This document shows positions 56,772 through 64,000 of a stretch of 64,000 nt of DNA, in pieces. Both the position numbers and the translations under genes were made by a program. Within the stretch, counting starts at the first letter, position 1. Every line of letters starts with the position of its first letter. The stretch comes from Deltaproteobacteria bacterium (GTDB lineage: Bacteria > Myxococcota_A > UBA9042): contig VGRO01000001.1 in assembly GCA_016875335.1 (NCBI GenBank), positions 51,724-115,723 on the forward strand. Direction: 5' to 3'. Under the pieces are notes generated by a model. The model was not told where the DNA came from. It did no database searches and was given only the letters and a program-made list of their open reading frames with translations.

Positions 56772-59608
56772 GCCGCCCGGCCCCCTCCGAGCAGGCCTTG
56801 CAGCACCCGAATGGCTTTGTGCCGGTCGAGGTTCTGGTTGTGCGGTTGGTGGGTGCAGGTCACGCTGCGGCAGCATTTGGCGCAACTGGCCTGGCAGTCG
56901 CAACTGCCCAGGATTTCCAGCGCTGCATGCAAGATAGCGTGCAGGTCGCGCTCGTCGTCGATGTCGTCCAGGCATCCCAAGCCGTCGGGGTGGCGGTCGA
57001 AGAACACGATGCCCGGCTTGCCGTCGAAGTCCAACTCGTAGCTCACACCCAGAAAGTCCGAGGCGCCCAGGAAGAACCAGTCCAGGCTGTCGCGCAAGAC
57101 GTGGCTCAGCGTGTGCAGCACGGTTTCGTCGGCGCCAGGCAAGCGCAGCACCCACGCCCGCGTGGCGAATCCAGCGACCTCATGGGGTTGCGGCAACATG
57201 TTCTCGTAGCGGCGCTGCAGCGAGTCGGCGTCGCCCGCGGCGCTCGCCGCATTCTGGTCGCGGTCGTAGCCGAAGTTGTGGACGCCGCGATGGGTCAGGT
57301 GCAACTGCACACCGACACGCACCGTTTCCAAGCTGTCGCGGCCGCCAAACCGCGGCCGCTTGATGTCGGGCAGACCGGCGCCATGGCGGGCGAAGCGGAT
57401 GCTGCGCACCGGCGTCGCGGTCCGGTACGACGGTTCTTCTTCGAGCAGACGGACCTGGCCGCGCAGCCCCGCCGCCTTGTCCAGCGCGACCTTGTAGCGC
57501 TTGCCCCCCAACGTGACCCGCGCACCCTCGAAATACTGGAAATCGAGCAGCGACCGCGCCACCGGCCAGCGCTCGCCCGTGCTCGGCGCCAGCAGCTCCG
57601 CAGGGTCGCGCACGCGGTCGCGGTCTGCCTCGACGGCGCCTTGCGCGCGGCACAGCCGCACGATCTCTGGCTTCTTCGGGTCGGCGGGGTTGGGGCGCCA
57701 GCCCTCAAAGCTCGTGAAGATCCGAGAGCCCTCGAGCGTGCCCAACACCCTGGCCGTGACTTCGCGAGAAAACACCCGCTCCAGCCGCGCCGTGTCTACG
57801 AATCCCTTGTCGAGCGCGGCGCGCAGGTGCATCCGGGCCTCGGCCTGCAGGCCCGCAGGGGTCGCTTGGCCGGTCGGCACCGCCGACAGCACCCGCGGAA
57901 AGCGGCTGACGTCGTACCATGCCGGCCACCAGCGCTTGTGGGTGCGGTATTGCCGCAGCAGCAACTGCGACATCGGATCGTCGGCGAAAAGCAGATACTC
58001 GTGGGCAGGCTCGGGCCCTTCGGCGTAGTAGCGGCGGTGACCCAGCACCTGCCAGGCACAGCGCGGGCCGATGCGCGCCAGCAGCACCTCGGCGCTGCCC
58101 TCGGGCTGGGGATCGCCCGGCGGGGGCCACGGCGCCCACGGTTCGCCGACCAATTCGGCAAAGAGGCGCTCGTGTGGCCCTTCGACCTCGGTGACCACCC
58201 GTGCATAGCCATCGCGTACGCCGAGCAGTCCCGCAGTGGCGGTCTTCTTGTGCTGGATCCTGCCCAGTTCGACCACGAAACGCCGCACTGCGCGCGAGGC
58301 CGCCCCCTGGGGATCGTACTCGCCAGCCGTGGGTGCCACCTTGACCTGCGCGGTGGCGATGCGGTCGGCGATTTGCTGCAAGACCGCCGTGCCGAGGTTG
58401 CCCACCAGGAGTACCGCGGGCGGACTGGCGCCGCGCAAAGCGGCGAGCCGATAAACCAAGAACCGGGCGCGCGCCACCGCCGGTCCGTACAACTCCTCGA
58501 CGTCGTCCAGGACCACCAGCTTGCAGCGCTCGATCAGCGGATGGGCGCCCGGATCGGCAGCGTCGTCGAGAAACGCCTGCACGTCGTCGAGCGACGCCAC
58601 CCAGATATCCGCCGGTCGCGGCGGCAGGCCGTCGTCGATCGCCACCGCGGCGCCGGCCGCGATCTTCTCCGTCAACGCCCGCAGTTGCCGCACGGTGGCC
58701 CCGACGCTTTCGCGCTTGGGGGTGACCACTACACAACTGGCGCCGGTCGTCAGGGCCAAGTCGATCGCCCGCACAAGCGCCGCCGTGGTGCGCCCGGTGC
58801 CGACCGGACCCGCAAGCGCCAGCGCCGGCAGCGCAGCCCACTCGTCGATCACCCGCGCCTGGAACGGGTAGAGGTCGAGGCCAAACCGCGGTTCGCCCTT
58901 CTTGCCGGCCTTGCTGCTGCGGTCGATGGCCGGCAGCGTCTCGACCGCCGCCGGGGCCCCCAACCACTGGTGCAGAGCATCGATGCGCTGGGCGAACGGC
59001 AGACGGTCCGGTGGCGCCTCGACGTTGCGCGGCGGCCGCGGTTCCGGCAGCGGTCGGACCGGATGCGTGGAACCGAAAAGCACGCCCAATAGCGCCGCAT
59101 AGCCGAACGCCCACAGCGTGTACTGCGGCACGCCCTTTGCGGGCACGACTGCAAGGTCCATGCCCAAGATCGCCAAGGTCGCAAGGCCGAGGCCAAGCAC
59201 CGCGAACGTGCGCAGCATCCAGCGCAGGCCGACCAGCGGCGAGCCGTCGGGGGCGATGCCAAACGCCACGAAAAGCGGCGGACACGGCGGGTCGCGCGGT
59301 CCCGGCTTGTAGAGCGCGCCGAGTACGAGTCCAAACAGCGGAAACGACGCCACGAGCAGGATGAGCGCCAAGAGCAAAGCGTTGAACGTGCGCGGGAATC
59401 CAAGGATCGCATGGCCACGCACCACGCCGTGGGTCTGGAGCGCCGCGACCATCCCGCCCACAGCGAGCACCGCTGCCGCCGAACCGTACCACAGGGGGCC
59501 GTGGCCCGGGCGCAACCAATCGGGGCCGGATCGCACGGCAAGCAGCCACGCCGTGACCAGCACCCCGACCAGCAAGAGCACGTACACCAGCAGGTCGGTG
59601 TTGCCCAT
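56768..59608 (-). CDS. Membrane-anchored degenerate SF2 helicase with DUF1998 Zn-binding domain (MrfA/YprA/Hrq1-like)
   Basis: About 5 N-terminal TMs; LYPFQ, GPVGTGRT, VVLDDVE; LHTLSHVL..FFD..DGLG..CDCQASCAKC. Confidence 0.82.
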   Translation of the reverse strand: MGNTDLLVYVLLLVGVLVTAWLLAVRSGPDWLRPGHGPLWYGSAAAVLAVGGMVAALQTHGVVRGHAILGFPRTFNALLLALILLVASFPLFGLVLGALYKPGPRDPPCPPLFVAFGIAPDGSPLVGLRWMLRTFAVLGLGLATLAILGMDLAVVPAKGVPQYTLWAFGYAALLGVLFGSTHPVRPLPEPRPPRNVEAPPDRLPFAQRIDALHQWLGAPAAVETLPAIDRSSKAGKKGEPRFGLDLYPFQARVIDEWAALPALALAGPVGTGRTTAALVRAIDLALTTGASCVVVTPKRESVGATVRQLRALTEKIAAGAAVAIDDGLPPRPADIWVASLDDVQAFLDDAADPGAHPLIERCKLVVLDDVEELYGPAVARARFLVYRLAALRGASPPAVLLVGNLGTAVLQQIADRIATAQVKVAPTAGEYDPQGAASRAVRRFVVELGRIQHKKTATAGLLGVRDGYARVVTEVEGPHERLFAELVGEPWAPWPPPGDPQPEGSAEVLLARIGPRCAWQVLGHRRYYAEGPEPAHEYLLFADDPMSQLLLRQYRTHKRWWPAWYDVSRFPRVLSAVPTGQATPAGLQAEARMHLRAALDKGFVDTARLERVFSREVTARVLGTLEGSRIFTSFEGWRPNPADPKKPEIVRLCRAQGAVEADRDRVRDPAELLAPSTGERWPVARSLLDFQYFEGARVTLGGKRYKVALDKAAGLRGQVRLLEEEPSYRTATPVRSIRFARHGAGLPDIKRPRFGGRDSLETVRVGVQLHLTHRGVHNFGYDRDQNAASAAGDADSLQRRYENMLPQPHEVAGFATRAWVLRLPGADETVLHTLSHVLRDSLDWFFLGASDFLGVSYELDFDGKPGIVFFDRHPDGLGCLDDIDDERDLHAILHAALEILGSCDCQASCAKCCRSVTCTHQPHNQNLDRHKAIRVLQGLLGGGRAA

Positions 59609-59611
59609 GCG

Positions 59612-61570
59612 CTACGCCCCGTGCCCGGCCGGCCGGCTGATCGCCGCATAGATGTCGGCCAATCCAGGGTGGACGCGCTGGTGGCCGACCCCAGAGTCCG
59701 GCACGGCGTCTTCCAACTGCTTGGGCAGCACCACGAAGCGCTCGGCGCCGAACTCCAGCGGCAACAGGTCTTGCAGGCGGTCGATCATCTGATCCATGGC
59801 GCGGCGGGCCGGGCCGATCGCGGCCTCGCGCAGTTCGGCGCGGTCGGAGAACGGTACCTGTTCGGCAAAAGCGCCGTACTTGCGAGCGCAGTGGGCAATG
59901 AGCGCCTCGGAGTTCATGAATTCCAGTTGCCAGCGCCAGCTTTCGGCGCGCAGCGCGGCGTCGTAGGGGTCAAACACCTCGGCCGGGTCCACGCGCGATT
60001 CGGCCCGCGCGTAGAACTCCTCGGGCAACTGGATGTCGCTGTCGAACGCGGTGTCGCCGACCAAGCGCATGCGCTCAGGCTTTCTGTGCTGCTGCTGCAA
60101 GTCCAGCAAGGTGTCATGCACCGTGCGCAGCCAGTGCAGTTCGGCCGTGGCGACTTCGACAGCAAAACGCAACATGCGGCCGTGCAAATGGTGGCCGATT
60201 TGCGCGATGTGGTCGCGGATGAGCGCGGACCAGCGGGACCGGTACGCTTGGCGGCATGCGGCTTCGGCGGCCTCCAGGCGCTGGAAGGTGGCCTCGGCGG
60301 CACGCTTGCGGATTGCGGCAACCGCCCAGCCTGCCACCAATGCCGCGACCGCCACGCCGCCACAGGCGACCATCCGCCACGCGCCGAACCCGACCAAGGC
60401 CGGCCACGCACAGGCTGCGACCACGGCAGAGAGCGCAAAAGTCCAGCCGCCAAAAAGGACGCCGCTGTCGTCGAACGTCGCCCGCGCCCGCGCCAAGGCC
60501 CGCGCCGCGTCGCGCACTTCGCCATCGTCGGGTGCCTGCAGCCGCATCGCCATGCGCGGCCCCTGATCCTGGTCGCCGAGCGGCGTCGCGCCTGCGGTGT
60601 CGCGCCAGCGTTCGAGCTGGTCGATGAGCACCGGCAGGGCCGCGAAGCCCGCCCGCTCGAGGTTGTCGTCGCTCCAACGCCGCAACTCGGCCTGCCACTT
60701 GAGCGCCTGTTCGCGCAGGTCGCTGCCGTGGCGGCGCAGCACGTCTTCGAGCCGCGCCGGAAGTTCTTTGAGCGCCAGGTCCGCGCGGCGCTGCACGTCG
60801 GCCTCGCTCGGCAGATCGCCCTCGCCCACGATGCGCCGAGCGATGCCCTCGCCGAGATCTGCGGCGCGGCCCTCGATGGCGGCCTCGACGTCCTGCTCGG
60901 GCGGGGCGGGCGGGTCGGCCAGGTTGGGGCGGGCCGACGAACTGCGCCCCTGCTGCAGCGTTTGCACCATGCGGTCGGCGACCTTGGCGGCCAGCCTGCG
61001 CGCCAGCACCCGCTGCACGATCGGCGCCTGGAAGCGCGCGGCCTGGGTGATGGTGACGCGCACGCCGCCATAGGTCTCGCACCACCGCGCAACGTGCTCG
61101 CGGGCCTGCGGCAGGCGCGCAATGTCCACCAGCAGGCCGAGCAGGTTGGCGGCGGCGCGCTCGCGCTCAGAAAGGGTCAGCACGCGCTGGACCAGGGTGT
61201 GCGGGACGGCGTGCACTGCATGGAGCCCCGCCGCACCGCCTTGGGCCACCTCGGCCTCTTCGGCCAGCACAATGGCGATTCGCGCCCACGGCGCGCGCAC
61301 CGCGGACTCCGGCGGCGTGCGGCCGGCCAGGGCGACAAGGTCCGCCAGTTTGTCGGCCAGCAGAATCTGGACGAAACCGCCCTCGTGCTTGCGGACCGCC
61401 AGCATCGCCCGCTGGTGGGCCAGCAGCTTGTTGCCCCAGTCCGGGTCCTCCAGGCCCGCGAGCACCCACAGGGCCTGGGCGCCCTCGACGGTGCCAGCGC
61501 GGCCCGCGACCTCTTCGACCGCCGGCAGGAGCGCCGGGGCGCTGACGAGCACTTGGACGGGAACGCTCAC
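59612..61570 (-). CDS. Large helical/coiled-coil protein with a central TM hairpin
   Basis: About 650 aa, two hydrophobic segments flanked by amphipathic helices; ends 3 nt before the next gene; start uncertain. Confidence 0.72.
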   Translation of the reverse strand: MSVPVQVLVSAPALLPAVEEVAGRAGTVEGAQALWVLAGLEDPDWGNKLLAHQRAMLAVRKHEGGFVQILLADKLADLVALAGRTPPESAVRAPWARIAIVLAEEAEVAQGGAAGLHAVHAVPHTLVQRVLTLSERERAAANLLGLLVDIARLPQAREHVARWCETYGGVRVTITQAARFQAPIVQRVLARRLAAKVADRMVQTLQQGRSSSARPNLADPPAPPEQDVEAAIEGRAADLGEGIARRIVGEGDLPSEADVQRRADLALKELPARLEDVLRRHGSDLREQALKWQAELRRWSDDNLERAGFAALPVLIDQLERWRDTAGATPLGDQDQGPRMAMRLQAPDDGEVRDAARALARARATFDDSGVLFGGWTFALSAVVAACAWPALVGFGAWRMVACGGVAVAALVAGWAVAAIRKRAAEATFQRLEAAEAACRQAYRSRWSALIRDHIAQIGHHLHGRMLRFAVEVATAELHWLRTVHDTLLDLQQQHRKPERMRLVGDTAFDSDIQLPEEFYARAESRVDPAEVFDPYDAALRAESWRWQLEFMNSEALIAHCARKYGAFAEQVPFSDRAELREAAIGPARRAMDQMIDRLQDLLPLEFGAERFVVLPKQLEDAVPDSGVGHQRVHPGLADIYAAISRPAGHGA

Positions 61571-61755
61571 GGTGCGGTTCCAGGGCGGCGTCGGGCCGCA
61601 GGCGCGGGCGGCAAGGGTATGCCGGGTGCGCGGTCTGGGGCAAGCCGGGCGCAGCGCTGGACTCGGCCACCCCGCTAGTTGACGCCAGCGCGGCACCTTG
61701 CCAGCATCGCGACCCTGTCCGCGCAGCCGTGCGGGCATGACGAGGGAACCGCGCC

Positions 61756-63207
61756 ATGTCCTCCGCCCCAAAATTCTGCGCCGAGTGTGGCGCGCCGCTT
61801 GCCGAAAACGCAAAGTTCTGCGCTGGTTGTGGAAAGCCGGTCGCAACGGCAACCGCCCCAGTGCCGGTGGTTGCGGATGCCGCACCCACCGCAGGCCCTG
61901 CCGCAAAGCCGGGTGCCGCCCAGCCCGTTCCGCCCGCCGACGATCACGACGACGACGGCGAACTTCCGATGCCCAAGGGCCTGGACGACATCGAGAAGCC
62001 GGGAAGGCCACTGCCGGTCGCCGCCATTTCGGTGGGCGCCGTGCTCGCCGTCGTCGTCGGCTTGGTGCTGTTCCTGACCAGCAACCCCGAGCGGCTCGCC
62101 GCCTTCCAATGTCGCGTGCTCGGCCAAGCCGACAAGTGCGAAACCGAGGCGATGAAGCTCAAGAAACTGGAACGCCAAAAGAACGAGGAAGAACAGCAAC
62201 TGATGGTCTCGGTGGTCGCCCAGTTCGACTTGCAGTTTGCGCCCAAAGAGTCGACGTGGGCGACGGTGGTGCAGAAGCGCTACGAAGAGCCTCGCGATGA
62301 TTTCGTCAAGCGCGTGCGCGACAGCGGCCCCGACAACCGCAAGCTCGTCGAGACCAAGTTTGGCGAATACAAGCAGGCTGCCGCCAAGGATGGCCAGATC
62401 AAGGGCGCGATCGCGTTCGTGACCGAGTCCGATTGGACCGCCGCGCACAGTGCTGGCGATGCCAAGCCGGCGCTCATCCCCGAGGATCCGCCGCCGCCGC
62501 CCCCGGCGCCGCCTCCACCCCCGCCGCCTGTGCCGCCGACCGGCCCCATCTCGTGGTGGCCCAAGAAGGACCAGTCGCTGACGCTGCCCATGAGCGTGCA
62601 GAACCTGCCGATGCTCGAAAAGGAGCAGGCCGATGGCAACGGCAAACGCCTGACCGCCGACGACGTCGCCAAGATCATTGCGTTGGAAGAGGCCGGCGGC
62701 GCCAAGTCCAAGGAGGGTGAGGAAGGCAAGCCCGACCCGACCAAGAACGTCAAGACGATTGCCGTCTCGACCTGGGTCTACGAGATTCGGCTGTGGGCCC
62801 CTGGGTACGAGCAGCGCAACATCGTGTTCTACGACGACCCGCTGCCGCCCGACCTGAACAAGAAGAAACTCGAAGCCGACAAGTGGACGCTGCGCAAGTT
62901 CAAGCGCATGCCCGACGGAAAGCTGGTCATCGACAACGCGGGGTTCGACCTGCTGCCCTTCCCGCGCACCATCCAGACCCGTTACCTCGTGGTGCTCAAG
63001 GAGCTGCACTGTCTCAAGCTGACCAAGGAGTACGAGGCCAAGAGCCAGCAGGGCAAGGTCGACGCCGAGCAGCTCATCTGGGACCAGAAGGCCTTTACCA
63101 AAGAAGAGCAGGAGGTTGCCAAGAAGAACGACGGCGACCCGGCCTTCGAGGCCCTCAAGGCCGAGGCCATCAAGCAGGTCAAATGCGAGTTGGTGTTGCC
63201 GCAATAG
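61756..63207 (+). CDS. Double zinc-ribbon, single-TM protein with poly-Pro insert
   Basis: FCAECG..KFCAGCG, one TM, PPPPPPAPPPPPPP; GAGGGA RBS. Confidence 0.88.
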   Translation: MSSAPKFCAECGAPLAENAKFCAGCGKPVATATAPVPVVADAAPTAGPAAKPGAAQPVPPADDHDDDGELPMPKGLDDIEKPGRPLPVAAISVGAVLAVVVGLVLFLTSNPERLAAFQCRVLGQADKCETEAMKLKKLERQKNEEEQQLMVSVVAQFDLQFAPKESTWATVVQKRYEEPRDDFVKRVRDSGPDNRKLVETKFGEYKQAAAKDGQIKGAIAFVTESDWTAAHSAGDAKPALIPEDPPPPPPAPPPPPPPVPPTGPISWWPKKDQSLTLPMSVQNLPMLEKEQADGNGKRLTADDVAKIIALEEAGGAKSKEGEEGKPDPTKNVKTIAVSTWVYEIRLWAPGYEQRNIVFYDDPLPPDLNKKKLEADKWTLRKFKRMPDGKLVIDNAGFDLLPFPRTIQTRYLVVLKELHCLKLTKEYEAKSQQGKVDAEQLIWDQKAFTKEEQEVAKKNDGDPAFEALKAEAIKQVKCELVLPQ

Positions 63208-63219
63208 GCTGCCGTCCCT

Positions 63220-64000
63220 GTGTCAGCCGTATCTGACGCCAGGGTTGCGCCTGTGTCGTGGATGGCCGCGGCGGGGGCAAGCCTGGGCCTGGGTTGGTTG
63301 GCAGGCGCCGCGCTCGCCCATACCCGCGCCGACCACATCACGGACTTGACGTTGCGCAGTGCTGCGGCGTTTGCCGTGGTCTGGCCTGTCGTACTGCTCG
63401 ATCGCATGACCACGCCGCCGCAGTGGGCGACCCGATCGTGGCTTGGCGACACCGCGGCTTCAGCAGTTGCGCAGGGCGTGCGCGGCTCGTTCGCCTGGCT
63501 CGCGGCAGGTCTGTTTGCGCCGATTGGTGTTTCACTGCACACCGATGGCATGCCCTGGCATGGCCCGGCGGCCGCGACGATCGCGCTGGCAATGGTTGGC
63601 GTGTGGCTGGCGACGGTCCAAGCACTGCTGGGCGCTCTGCGCGCGATGGGCACGGGCCGCAGGGTGCCGGACGCGCTCGCCGGGGGCGGCACGTTCGGTC
63701 CCGCAGACGCCGCCCAGCTAATCTATGCGCCAGCCCAAGGGTTCGTCATCGGCCTGGCGCCAGTGGTGGTGTGGTCCGCCTGGTGGGCCGCGCGCGGCCT
63801 GGAGTTCGCCCTGCCGGCGTGGCTTTTCGTGCCAATGATTGCGCTTGGCGCGCGCTGGCTCGCCACGGTCTGGGTGTCCAGATCTGGCGGGGACCTGTAC
63901 GCCGGCTTGCGCGCAGTGCAGGTGGCGCACGCAACGCGTTTTGCGACCGCGCAGCTCTTGCCTCCGCCTCCTGGGTGGTTGCTGCTCGCCCTGCGGACGG
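63220..64000 (+). CDS. Polytopic membrane protein, partial (runs off window end)
   Basis: Not in the ORF track; the frame from GTG 63220 is open to the window end and highly hydrophobic. Confidence 0.6.
   Translation, partial: MSAVSDARVAPVSWMAAAGASLGLGWLAGAALAHTRADHITDLTLRSAAAFAVVWPVVLLDRMTTPPQWATRSWLGDTAASAVAQGVRGSFAWLAAGLFAPIGVSLHTDGMPWHGPAAATIALAMVGVWLATVQALLGALRAMGTGRRVPDALAGGGTFGPADAAQLIYAPAQGFVIGLAPVVVWSAWWAARGLEFALPAWLFVPMIALGARWLATVWVSRSGGDLYAGLRAVQVAHATRFATAQLLPPPPGWLLLALRT

Noticed and set aside
7226-63204. Long ORFs such as 7226-9493, 10152-12608, 20303-22795, 27300-29768, 38781-41207, 56798-59092, 59411-61678, 61675-63204
   Set aside because: They are antisense shadows of well-supported genes, expected in high-GC DNA, and carry no motifs
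1-64000. rRNA, tRNA, IS transposase, integrase or prophage genes
   Set aside because: No recognisable signatures on reading; tRNAscan and ISEScan were not run

Overview
GC-rich (roughly 70% by eye) bacterial chromosomal segment. The content (Hanks-type kinase, FHA, TPR, DUF1566 and many Cys-rich lipoproteins) suggests a Myxococcota/deltaproteobacterium-like organism. About 53 genes are supported, including dnaB, rpsT, epmA, 2-oxoacid dehydrogenase E1-beta/E2, an hcrCAB-like Mo-flavo-FeS enzyme, an Mla/MCE operon, an ABC exporter and a partial aryl-polyene-type cluster. No rRNA, tRNA, CRISPR array or transposase was seen. The strongest unexplained signal is a non-palindromic dispersed repeat, consensus (W-tract)..wwtc-AtGGAtCTGAACAAT-G(4-13). 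It occurs 18 times in 7 clusters, only between genes or at gene ends, on both strands, and supplies the stop codon of three genes. The second is a five-gene minus-strand operon (53650-61570) encoding a membrane-anchored degenerate DUF1998 helicase, a membrane pseudokinase and a VKOR-DsbA fusion. All protein calls come from motif recognition by eye, not database searches, and start codons are best estimates.
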